64,000 nucleotides of DNA from an uncultured delta proteobacterium (GTDB lineage: Bacteria; Desulfobacterota; Desulfobaccia; Desulfobaccales; 0-14-0-80-60-11). Made by a program: the position numbers and the translations under genes. Positions 19,744-27,972 of the stretch are shown piece after piece. A model generated the notes under the pieces. The model saw only the letters and a program-made list of their open reading frames with translations. It was not told where the DNA came from and did not search any database. How positions within the stretch are numbered: the stretch's first letter is position 1; each line of letters starts with the position of its first letter. The DNA is taken from contig CAWIDL010000021.1 of NCBI GenBank assembly GCA_963834795.1, forward strand, positions 134,243-198,242, in the 5' to 3' direction.

Positions 19744-20382
19744 TCAGTCCAGCCAGGCCAGGCATTCCCCGGCAGTCATCAAGCTTACGCCGATATTCTG
19801 CATTTCCCGGAGCGCCGCTTCATAGACGCCGGAGACCGCGTCCTGCACCAAGATAATCTTAAAATCCCGTTCGCTGGCTTCATAGATGGTGGTCCGGGGG
19901 CAATTGGGAAAGTTGCAGCCGCACAGCGCCAGGGTGTTGACCCCCAGGTCCCGCAGGTGCTGCTCTAAAGGCGTCTGATAAAAGGCGCCCCACCTGGGCT
20001 TATACATGAACCATTCCCTGGGTCCGCTGGCCTGGAGCCTGCCTGATAATAGTAAGGGCGCGTCCAGGCGCACCTGGGGAAAAGGCTTCAATTCCTCCAT
20101 GATTTCGGCGCCTGCGCTTCCGGGGACCACCATTTTTAATCCTTGTGCCATCGCGGCCCGGCGACACAGATCGACGTTGGAGCCGTCTTCGAGGTACAAC
20201 CGCACCACGTGGACGATGGGGAGTCCCTTTTGCCTGAATCTCTCGACCAGCCGGGACATCCGGGGCAGGGCCTCCAAGGTTCCGGGGATGAACCCCGGGG
20301 CGCCCGGGATGACAAAATCCTGCTGGGTGTCGATAATCACCAGGGCCAGGTGTGCTTTATCCGGCGAGGTGTAGTTGTTCAT
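19744..20382 (-). CDS. cysteine hydrolase / isochorismatase-family protein
   Basis: 212 aa with ALVIIDTQQDF and LALCGCNFPNCPRTT (catalytic Cys region). Confidence 0.9.
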   Translation of the reverse strand: MNNYTSPDKAHLALVIIDTQQDFVIPGAPGFIPGTLEALPRMSRLVERFRQKGLPIVHVVRLYLEDGSNVDLCRRAAMAQGLKMVVPGSAGAEIMEELKPFPQVRLDAPLLLSGRLQASGPREWFMYKPRWGAFYQTPLEQHLRDLGVNTLALCGCNFPNCPRTTIYEASERDFKIILVQDAVSGVYEAALREMQNIGVSLMTAGECLAWLD

Positions 20383-20488
20383 GAAGGATTATTAACCCAT
20401 GGAGGCGGGCCTTGGCAAATCATTAGAGGGACAAAATGCCCGAGGGCTGAAAAAAGTGGCGGACCGCGCCCGTCACTGGTGCATCTTA

Positions 20489-20640
20489 TTAATGGGAGCG
20501 GAAAATAGATTACCTTCCCCCTCACCCTTCCCCTCTCCCCTCGCCGGTAGGGGCGGCATCTCGCCGCCCGGGCGGGGAAACCCCGCCCCTACGGCGGGGG
20601 GAGAGGGGACAAATAAGAGACCCCATAATGCTCCCAATAA
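20489..20640. repeat. MITE/REP-like element (family A)
   Basis: Ends TTAATGGGAGCG ... GCTCCCAATAA are inverted. The interior has CCCCCTCACCC..CTCTCCCC / GGGGAGAGGGGACAAATAA palindromes. A related copy lies at 46665-46872. Confidence 0.55.
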
Positions 20641-20651
20641 TAACTGCCGGC

Positions 20652-21029
20652 TTACGGCAGCATGAATTTCAGGACATAGGCCTGGAGCAGGGTGATGAGA
20701 GAGATGATCAGCACCATGGCAACGCTGTGCTTCAAGGCAAACCGGAAGATGGAGCCTTCTTCCCCCACCATGCCGGTGGCCGCGGTGGCCACCGCGATGG
20801 ACTGGGGTGAAATCATCTTCCCGACCACGCCGCCGCTGGAGTTGGCCGCCACCATGAGGGTGGGGTCCACCCCGATTTGCTGGGCGGTGGTCTTTTGCAA
20901 GGCGGCGAACAGGGCGTTGGAGGAGGTGTCGGAACCGGTGAGAAAGACGCCGAGCCAGCCCAGGATGGGAGAGAAGATGGGGAACAGGGCGCCGGTGGCG
21001 GTGAAGGCCAGGCCCAGGATGGAACTCAT
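20652..21029 (-). pseudogene. L-lactate permease (LctP family), C-terminal ~125-aa remnant
   Basis: [17 protein letters not shown] and [12 protein letters not shown] are typical of the last TM helices of LctP. The roughly 430 N-terminal residues are absent, and only 113 bp separate it from the upstream gene. Confidence 0.75.
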
Positions 21030-21118
21030 GCGATTCGCAAAAAAAATCCGGCCAGAAGAGTAAGGTGTTTGGGAAGTCAGGGGTTAATCACCTCCTGTTC
21101 CCCTGGGCCAGGGAAAGG

Positions 21119-21129
21119 TGGTCTTACCA
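21119..21129. promoter_or_regulatory. GntR/LldR-type operator candidate TGGTCTTACCA
   Basis: Perfect TGGT-N3-ACCA palindrome, directly upstream of the lactate permease remnant. Confidence 0.45.
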
Positions 21130-21142
21130 GGCGGTTCCGCCA

Positions 21143-23311
21143 TCAGGTGGTGGATTTGGCTGCCTCGGCCACCACCTCGGCGATGTGCTGGACCTTGATC
21201 TTCCCGCCCCGCTTCTCAAGTCCGCCGCGGAGCTGCAGGACGCAGCCGGGGCAGTCGCTCACCAGGAGGTCGGCGCCGGTGGCTGCCACTGCGTCCAGCT
21301 TGTTCTTCAGCAGCTCTGCGGAGATTTCCGGAAAATCCACGGAAAAGGTGCCGCCCATGCCGCAGCAAACCTCTTCATTCTGGGCGGGCAGGTACTGGTA
21401 ACCCGCGATCTTCAGGAGTTCCCGGGGAGGCCGGGTCACCTTGAGACCCCGGCACAGGTGGCAGGGGGCGTGGTAGGCCACTTTCCGGTTCCGGGCCAGG
21501 AACTCTTCCGGGCTAACCTTGAGGACTTCGGTCAGGAAGGAGCTGAAATCCATCAACTTTGCCGCCAATTGGCGCGCCTTGACCCCCACTCCCGGTTCCC
21601 GGGCCAGGAGGAGGGGATAGGCGCCCTTGATATGCGAGCCGCAGGAGGCGCAGAGGGTCAGGATCTGATCGTAATCCGCCGGGTCCAGGGCCCGCAGGTT
21701 CTGGATGGCCACTTCCCGGGCCAGATCCAGCTCACCCATGCATTTGGCCGGTAGGCCGCAGCAGGTCTGCTCCAGGGGGTAGTCCACCCGGACCTGGCGG
21801 TCTCTCAGCAGCTTGACCAGGGCCTCGCCCTGTTCAGGATAGACAAAATCGACCAGACACCCGCCGAACAAGGCGACCCGGGTCCGGGGTTGAGCCGCCC
21901 CTTTGCCGACCAGCCGCGGCCAGCGGTCCCGCAAGGGAGTGGCGACCACCGTTGGCAGGCTGCGGAAATCATGTTCTTTGCCAAAGAAAAAGGGGAGATG
22001 GCGGATAAATCCTTTCCGGGCAAAAGGCCGCTGCGCCAGGGAGGCGCGGCGCAGGAGGAAATGGAAGAGACGGCGGTTCTTCAGGACCCTCCGCAGCAGC
22101 CGGTTCTTTAGCGGCCTCTCCCCCTCTTCGGCCAGGATTTCCCCATGGACTTCTTTGATGATCAGGGGGAGATTGATGCCTACCGGACACACCGCTTTGC
22201 AGGCCAGACAGTTGAGGCAGTTCTGCACGATGGCCCGGTCGTTTTGGCGGCCGTGGTAAAAATAGGTGAGAATCAAGCCGATGGCGCCGATATAGACATG
22301 CCCGTAATTGTGGCCGCCCACCAGCGAATAGACGGGACAGACATTGGCGCAGGCGCCGCAGCGGATGCAGCGCAGGACCTCGGAAAAGATCGGATCCTGA
22401 GCCAGGGCCAGGCGGCCGTTGTCCAGGAAGACCACGTGCATCTCTTTGCGGCCCCCCGGGCCGGGGCGGCACTCGGTGATCCCGGTGATCCAGGTGACAT
22501 AGGAGGTGATCACCTGGCCGGTGGCGTTCTTGGGCAGAACCTTCAAGATGCGCAAGGCGCTGGCCAGGTCCGGCACCAGTTTATCCAGGCCCACCAGGGC
22601 TACATGGATGGGTGGCAGGGTGGTGGTGAGGCGGGCGTTGCCCTCATTGGAAATGATTCCCAGGGTGCCGCTGGCGGCAATGGCGAAGTTGGCGCCGCTG
22701 ATGCCCATCCCGGCGGAAAGGAACTCCTTGCGCAGCTCCCGCCGGGCCACCTTCACCATCTTGCCGATGTCCTCTGGGTCAAGGGAATCCCCGGTTACCC
22801 GGGAGAATAACTCCGCCACTTGCCCGCGGGAGAGATGGATGGCCGGCAAGACCATGTGGGAGGGACCTTCGTGCCTGAGCTGGATGATCCATTCGCCCAG
22901 GTCGGTTTCCACCACGGTCAGGCCTTCCTGTTCCAGGTGGTCGTTGAGGAAGGTCTCCTCCGCAGTCATGGACTTGGATTTGACGATCTTCTTCACCCCG
23001 CGGTCTTTGGCGATGCCACAGATGATCTCGTTGGCCTCCCGGGCGGTCCCGGCCAGGTGCACCCTGACCCCGGCGGCCTCGGCCCTGGCCTTGAAAGCCT
23101 CATAAAGCTCTTCCAGGCGGGGCAGCGCCTGGTCTTTGCCCCGGGCGATTTCCTCCCGGAGGGCCTCGAAATCCACCCCGCTCAGGGCCCGGGCCCGGCC
23201 TTCCGGGTAGGCGGCGAAGAAGGCGGCCTGGGCGGCGCGCAGAAACTGGTTATCCAGGGCCTGCCGCAGGCGTTTCCGGTATTCCTCCAGGTCTTGGGCG
23301 GTATCGATCAT
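21143..23311 (-). CDS. LutB-LutA fusion: LUD-domain/4Fe-4S lactate utilisation protein fused to a CCG-domain Fe-S oxidoreductase
   Basis: 722 aa with an N-terminal LUD/DUF162-like region, ferredoxin motifs CIRCGACANVCP and CLNCLACKAVCP, and C-terminal cysteine-rich CCG repeats (CCGLPA, PCHLCRG, CCGMGGTFS). Confidence 0.9.
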   Translation of the reverse strand: MIDTAQDLEEYRKRLRQALDNQFLRAAQAAFFAAYPEGRARALSGVDFEALREEIARGKDQALPRLEELYEAFKARAEAAGVRVHLAGTAREANEIICGIAKDRGVKKIVKSKSMTAEETFLNDHLEQEGLTVVETDLGEWIIQLRHEGPSHMVLPAIHLSRGQVAELFSRVTGDSLDPEDIGKMVKVARRELRKEFLSAGMGISGANFAIAASGTLGIISNEGNARLTTTLPPIHVALVGLDKLVPDLASALRILKVLPKNATGQVITSYVTWITGITECRPGPGGRKEMHVVFLDNGRLALAQDPIFSEVLRCIRCGACANVCPVYSLVGGHNYGHVYIGAIGLILTYFYHGRQNDRAIVQNCLNCLACKAVCPVGINLPLIIKEVHGEILAEEGERPLKNRLLRRVLKNRRLFHFLLRRASLAQRPFARKGFIRHLPFFFGKEHDFRSLPTVVATPLRDRWPRLVGKGAAQPRTRVALFGGCLVDFVYPEQGEALVKLLRDRQVRVDYPLEQTCCGLPAKCMGELDLAREVAIQNLRALDPADYDQILTLCASCGSHIKGAYPLLLAREPGVGVKARQLAAKLMDFSSFLTEVLKVSPEEFLARNRKVAYHAPCHLCRGLKVTRPPRELLKIAGYQYLPAQNEEVCCGMGGTFSVDFPEISAELLKNKLDAVAATGADLLVSDCPGCVLQLRGGLEKRGGKIKVQHIAEVVAEAAKSTT

Positions 23312-23316
23312 GACAA

Positions 23317-23865
23317 TTAATCCTTGAGCAGCAAGAGGTGCAGTTCCAGGGGGCCGTGCACCCCCAGGGTCAGCACCCGCTCGATGTCGGCGGTGCGGGA
23401 AGCGCCGGTGATGAAGGCCAGATAATTGGGGGGGGACTGCATCAGGCGGTTCATCTCTTCTTCCAGGTCAGTGGCGGTGGCCCGCAGACGGGAGAGGGGC
23501 AGGACCGCAATGTGGATTTCGGAGAGCATGGTGGCCAGGCGGAGATCCTCGGAGCTGGAGTCCAGCACCAGGGTGCCGGTGTCGGCGATGCCCCAATCAG
23601 CCCGGGTGAGACCGGTATGGATGGCGCCGGCCCGCTCCCGCAGATTCTCCCCCAGCAACTCCAAACCGGCCCGTTGGCAGTCGGCCTTAAGGGCAGCCCG
23701 GCTCTCGGCGTCCCAGCCGGGAGCGGCAATGGCGGCGCCGCCTTGCTCCTTGGTGATCCTGATGGCGTAGGCAAAGGCGGCCTGGAGGCTGGACACCTGG
23801 GTGACCACCACCTGGACCGCTTCGGCCTTCTCCTTTAGGGTGGCGACCAGTTTCTTCGCGGCCAT
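23317..23865 (-). CDS. lutC: LutC-like LUD-domain protein
   Basis: Start moved to the ATG at 23865 (MAAKKLVATLKEK...) with GGGGAG upstream. C-terminus FITGASRTADIE is typical of LutC/YkgG. Confidence 0.85.
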   Translation of the reverse strand: MAAKKLVATLKEKAEAVQVVVTQVSSLQAAFAYAIRITKEQGGAAIAAPGWDAESRAALKADCQRAGLELLGENLRERAGAIHTGLTRADWGIADTGTLVLDSSSEDLRLATMLSEIHIAVLPLSRLRATATDLEEEMNRLMQSPPNYLAFITGASRTADIERVLTLGVHGPLELHLLLLKD

Positions 23866-23965
23866 GATTAGCTCCCCTGATCCGGTATGGTCTGAAAAAG
23901 CAGCGCCTCTGGGCGAGCAAGCTGACCAATTGCAAAAAAAAGCGGCAGATTTATCCATGCAAATG

Positions 23966-23982
23966 AATTGGTCAGACCACTT
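23966..23982. promoter_or_regulatory. LldR/PdhR-type operator AATTGGTCAGACCACTT
   Basis: A 17-bp near-perfect palindrome (one mismatch) with a TGGT-N3-ACCA core, in the lutC/gntR divergent region and overlapping the -35 box. Confidence 0.6.
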
Positions 23983-24009
23983 GACATGATCTTAAAAAAA
24001 CGGTAATAA
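23981..24009 (+). promoter_or_regulatory. sigma70-like promoter of the GntR gene
   Basis: TTGACA (23981-23986), a 17-nt spacer, then TAATAA (24004-24009), about 45 nt upstream of the ATG at 24055. Confidence 0.5.
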
Positions 24010-24054
24010 ATTGTCAAGGAAAAATTTTTGGGGGTAAAATGCCTTAGGGGGGCC

Positions 24055-24771
24055 ATGAACATCTTACTCAAGCCCATTAAGGCCAGACGGGTCTCGGACC
24101 AGGCCTTTGAGCAGATCCGGGACCTGGTCTTCCGGGGGCAACTCAAGCCGGGGGACCAACTCATGCCGGAGCGGGAGCTGGCCCAGGCCCTGGGCGTGAG
24201 CCGGCCCACGGTGCGGGAGGCCATCAGAAGGCTGGTGACCATGGGGTTGCTGGAGCACCAGCAAGGGGCGGGCACCTTTGTGCGCTCCCTCAACGCCCAG
24301 AGGGAACACAACCCCCTGGCCGCGGTGATCGAGGGCCATGACGCCACCCTGGAGGAACTGCTGGAAGTGCGCATGGGCCTGGAGGGCCAGGCGGCGCTCC
24401 TGGCGGCCCAGCGGGCCACCGCCGAGGACCTGCAGGTGATGGAGAAGGCCCTGGCGGCCATGCAGGCGGAGAACGCCGCCGGCCGCCTGGGGATTGACAA
24501 CGACGTCTCCTTTCACATGGCCCTGGCCTTTGCCACCAAGAACCCGGTACAGGTCTATATCATGAAGAATTTTTACAACCTGCTGCACCACGGCATCAAG
24601 GAGAACCTGCGGGCCCTCTGGGAGGAACCCGCCAGCCTGCCCATCATCGTCCGGCAGCACCGGGAGATTTATGAGGCCATTAAAGACCACGACCCGGAAG
24701 GCGCCTACCAGTCCATGAAACGGCACATCAGCTTTGTCCTGGATTTTGTCCGGAATCGCCAGGTTTCATAA
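24055..24771 (+). CDS. GntR-family (FadR/FCD subfamily) transcriptional regulator, LldR/PdhR-like
   Basis: N-terminal wHTH (LMPERELAQALGVSRPTVREAIRRL) plus an FCD-type helical C-terminal domain. Start set at MNILLKP. Confidence 0.9.
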   Translation: MNILLKPIKARRVSDQAFEQIRDLVFRGQLKPGDQLMPERELAQALGVSRPTVREAIRRLVTMGLLEHQQGAGTFVRSLNAQREHNPLAAVIEGHDATLEELLEVRMGLEGQAALLAAQRATAEDLQVMEKALAAMQAENAAGRLGIDNDVSFHMALAFATKNPVQVYIMKNFYNLLHHGIKENLRALWEEPASLPIIVRQHREIYEAIKDHDPEGAYQSMKRHISFVLDFVRNRQVS

Positions 24772-24886
24772 GGGGGCGGCGGCCGTAGCGGAAAAACTTC
24801 GGTATAGAAAAAGTCCTTTTCGGGTTTTTTATAAGCTATCGACTGACCAATGGGGATATGGCCGGAAGATCCGGTCTGTGAGTAAA

Positions 24887-24899
24887 ATGGTATTACCAT
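24887..24899. promoter_or_regulatory. GntR-type operator candidate ATGGTATTACCAT
   Basis: Perfect 13-bp palindrome with a TGGT-N3-ACCA core, about 80 nt upstream of the glcD-like start. Confidence 0.55.
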
Positions 24900-24979
24900 C
24901 TGCCGAACTCTTAACCTTTGGTAAACTCAGAGGGGAAAACCCGAACCGTCCCTGAGACGCCGTTGGTCCCGGAGGGGAA

Positions 24980-26362
24980 ATGATCAGCCAAGGCCTGATT
25001 AAAGAATTGCAGCAGATCCTGGGCCGGGAGCAGGTCATGGTGAGCGAAGCCGACCGGCTCACCTATGCCTATGACGCCGCGGTCCTGGAGCCGGTGCTCC
25101 CCGCCCTGGTGGTGCGGCCCCGATCTCGCGAGGCCCTGGGCCGGGTGGTGCGCCTCTGCAACGACCACGGTCTGCCCTTGACGGTGCGGGGGGCCGGCAC
25201 CAATCTCAGCGGCGGCACCATCCCCCACCCGGGGGGGGTGGTGGTCCTGACCAACGCCCTCAACCAGATCCTGGAGATCAACGAACCGGACCTGTACGCG
25301 GTGGTGCAGCCGGGGGTGGTCACCGCCAGGCTGGCCGCGGCGGTGGAGGCCAAGGGCCTCTTCTATCCGCCGGACCCGGGCTCCATGGCGGTCTCCACCC
25401 TGGGGGGCAACGTGGCGGAAAACGCCGGGGGGCTGCGGGGCCTGAAGTATGGGGTCACCCTGGACTACGTCATGGGCCTGGAGTTTTTCGCGGCCTCCGG
25501 CGACCTCGTCAAGACCGGCTCCCGCACGGTGAAGTGCGTCACCGGCTACAACCTCACCGGCCTCTTGGTGGGCTCCGAGGGCACCCTGGGGGTGATCTCC
25601 GAGATCATCCTGAAGCTGATTCCCCTGCCCCAGGCCCGGCGGGCCATGCTGGCCGCTTTCGACCAGGTGGGCCAGGCCTCGGAGACGGTGGCGGCCATCA
25701 TCGCCCACCGCATCGTGCCGGCCACCCTGGAATTTCTGGACAACTTCACCATCCGCAGCGTGGAGGATTACAGCCACGTCGGGCTGCCGGTGGACGCCGC
25801 CGCCCTGCTCCTCATCGAGGTGGACGGCCACCCCGCGGTGGTGGCGGAGGAGGCCGAGAAGGTGGAGGCCCTCTGCCGGAAGCTCGGGGCGACCCAGGTG
25901 CACACCGCCCGGGACGCGGCGGAGCGGGACCGGGTCTGGAGCGCCCGCCGGGCGGCCCTTTCGGCCCTGGCCAAACTGAAACCCACCGTGGTCCTGGAGG
26001 ACGCTACCGTGCCCCGCAGCCAGGTCCCTGCCATGATCCGGGCCATCGAAGAGATCGGCCGGAAATTTAAGCTGCCCATCGGCACCTTCGGCCACGCCGG
26101 CGACGGCAACCTCCACCCCACCATCCTCACGGACCGCCGCAACCAGGAGGAATGGCACCGGGTGGAGGCCGCGGTGGCGGCCATCTTCGACGCCGCCCTG
26201 GCCCTGGGCGGCACCCTCTCCGGGGAGCACGGCATCGGCAAGGCCAAGTCCCGCTTCCTGGAAAAGGAAGTGGGCCGCGGCACCATCTATTATTCCAAGC
26301 GAATCAAGGCAGCCCTGGACCCGAAGAATATCTTGAACCCCGGGCAGAGCATCGGGGAGTGA
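24980..26362 (+). CDS. FAD-binding oxidase, GlcD / D-lactate dehydrogenase family
   Basis: 460 aa with an FAD-binding PCMH-type region (VVRPRSREAL...LTVRGAGTNLSGG) and C-terminal GTLSGEHGIG. Confidence 0.9.
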   Translation: MISQGLIKELQQILGREQVMVSEADRLTYAYDAAVLEPVLPALVVRPRSREALGRVVRLCNDHGLPLTVRGAGTNLSGGTIPHPGGVVVLTNALNQILEINEPDLYAVVQPGVVTARLAAAVEAKGLFYPPDPGSMAVSTLGGNVAENAGGLRGLKYGVTLDYVMGLEFFAASGDLVKTGSRTVKCVTGYNLTGLLVGSEGTLGVISEIILKLIPLPQARRAMLAAFDQVGQASETVAAIIAHRIVPATLEFLDNFTIRSVEDYSHVGLPVDAAALLLIEVDGHPAVVAEEAEKVEALCRKLGATQVHTARDAAERDRVWSARRAALSALAKLKPTVVLEDATVPRSQVPAMIRAIEEIGRKFKLPIGTFGHAGDGNLHPTILTDRRNQEEWHRVEAAVAAIFDAALALGGTLSGEHGIGKAKSRFLEKEVGRGTIYYSKRIKAALDPKNILNPGQSIGE

Positions 26363-26363
26363 G

Positions 26364-26623
26364 GAAGCTGTCAGCTTTCAGCGTTCAGCTTTCAGCTTAT
26401 TAGCTTATTAGCTTATTAGCAGTTGGCAGTTGGCAGTCGGGGGTAGAGGTTCATCAAGTCCATTTTTTGGCTGCGGCAGCCTTGGCTACCGCATAAACAT
26501 CACAGGTACCACGGTTTTTGTCCCCACAGAGATATCGTCGGATGATTGGGCCATTATCCTATCAGATCTGTCTGTGGCTTAAGCTTCTTTGTTGACGGCT
26601 GATAGCTGAAGGCTGAAAGCTGC
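26364..26623. repeat. MITE-like intergenic element with inverted CAGC-heptad ends and internal microtandems
   Basis: The left end GAAGCTGTCAGCTTTCAGCGTTCAGCTTTCAGC is inverted against the right end GCTGATAGCTGAAGGCTGAAAGCTGC. Inside are (CTTATTAG)x3 and (CAGTTGG)x2. The same GAAGCTGTCAGC motif occurs inverted at 46840-46851. Confidence 0.55.
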
Positions 26624-26640
26624 TTTAAGGAGATTTAACC

Positions 26641-27972
26641 ATGTCCCGCCTGCGGGCGCTGACCCGGCTGATGAAGGAATTGGAAGACCAGTTGGTGGTC
26701 TGCATGCGCTGCGGCCTCTGCCAGGCGGTCTGCCCGTTGTTCGCCGAAACCGGCCGGGAAGCGGACGTGGCCCGGGGCAAGCTGGCCCTGCTGGACGGCC
26801 TCCTCAAGGAGATCCTGCAAAACCCCGGGGCGGTCCAGGACCACCTGAGCCGCTGTCTGCTGTGCGGCTCCTGCGCCGCCAACTGTCCCAGCGGCGTCAA
26901 GGTGCTGGACATCTTCATCAAGGCCCGGGCCATCCTGGCGGGTTATCTGGGTCTCTCGCCCTGGAAAAAGGCGGTCTTTCGAGGGCTGTTGGCCAAACCG
27001 GGGACCTTTAACCGCATCCTGGGCTGGGGGGCCAGGTTCCAGGGGATCTTCATCAAGCCGGTGGACGACCTCCTGGGTTCCTCCTGCGCCCGCGTCATGT
27101 CGCCGTTGCTCAGGGATCGGCATCTCAAACCCCTGGCCCCGGTGCCCTGGCACCGCCAGGTGGGCCGGGTGGATACCGGGCCTGGCGCCGCGGGCCTGAA
27201 GGTCGCCTTTTTTGTGGGCTGCCTGATCGACAAGCTCTTCCCCGAGGTGGCGGACGCGACCCTCAAGGCCCTGACGCACCACGGGGTGGGGGTGCTGGCG
27301 CCGCCGGAACAGGGTTGCTGCGGCATTCCCGCCCTGGCCGGCGGCGATCCCGAGACCTTCGCGGCCCTGGTGCGCCACTCGCTGGGACAGTTCGCCGGGG
27401 AGCCCTTCGATTACCTGGTGACCGCCTGCGCCACCTGCGCCGCCACCATCAAAAAGCTCTGGCCGGTGATGACCCAGGATTTCGCCGCCGCCGACCGGGA
27501 GAAGGTCGCCGCCCTGGCCGAAAAGACCCTGGACATCAGCCAGTTCCTGGTGGAGCGGCTGGACCTGGGGCCGGCGCTGCCCAAGCCGGCGGCCGAACCC
27601 ATCGACATCACCTACCACGACCCCTGCCACTTGAAGAAGTCCCTGGGGGTGGCGGCCCAGCCCCGGGCCCTGATCCGGGCCAATCCCCGCTACCGTCTCA
27701 AGGAGATGGCCGAAGCGGATTGGTGCTGTGGCATGGGCGGCAGCTTCAACCTGCAGCACTATGAAATCTCCGCCAGCATCGGCCGGCGCAAGCGGGATCA
27801 TATCCTCGACTCCGGCTGCGCCGTGGTGGCCAGCGGCTGCCCGGCCTGCATGCTGCAGCTTACCGACATGCTCTCCCAGGCGGGGGCCCGGGTGGCGGTG
27901 CGCCACGCGGTGGAAATCTATGCCGAGTCATTGCCGCCCCAGGTCCGGAGCGGCCGGAAGGATGGAACGTGA
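26641..27972 (+). CDS. (Fe-S)-binding oxidoreductase, GlcF-like (2x4Fe-4S + 2 CCG domains)
   Basis: 443 aa with CMRCGLCQAVCP, CLLCGSCAANCP, CCGIPA, PCHLKKS and CCGMGGSFN. An AAGGAG RBS lies upstream. Confidence 0.9.
   Translation: MSRLRALTRLMKELEDQLVVCMRCGLCQAVCPLFAETGREADVARGKLALLDGLLKEILQNPGAVQDHLSRCLLCGSCAANCPSGVKVLDIFIKARAILAGYLGLSPWKKAVFRGLLAKPGTFNRILGWGARFQGIFIKPVDDLLGSSCARVMSPLLRDRHLKPLAPVPWHRQVGRVDTGPGAAGLKVAFFVGCLIDKLFPEVADATLKALTHHGVGVLAPPEQGCCGIPALAGGDPETFAALVRHSLGQFAGEPFDYLVTACATCAATIKKLWPVMTQDFAAADREKVAALAEKTLDISQFLVERLDLGPALPKPAAEPIDITYHDPCHLKKSLGVAAQPRALIRANPRYRLKEMAEADWCCGMGGSFNLQHYEISASIGRRKRDHILDSGCAVVASGCPACMLQLTDMLSQAGARVAVRHAVEIYAESLPPQVRSGRKDGT

Noticed and set aside
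24911-26230. 439-aa minus-strand ORF antisense to the glcD-like gene. Similar long antisense ORFs occur at 26635-27906, 27918-28634, 45144-46349, 50882-52126, 24064-24726, 21065-21754 and 22145-22810.
   Set aside because: These are typical GC-rich shadow ORFs. They are Gly/Arg/Pro/Ala-rich low-complexity translations with no motifs, and each is opposite a gene with clear family signatures.
26394-26440. Short tandem repeats (CTTATTAG x3, CAGTTGG x2) considered as a possible CRISPR or minisatellite.
   Set aside because: The units are only 7-8 bp with no spacers, and they lie inside a MITE-like element. No CRISPR array is present anywhere in the window.
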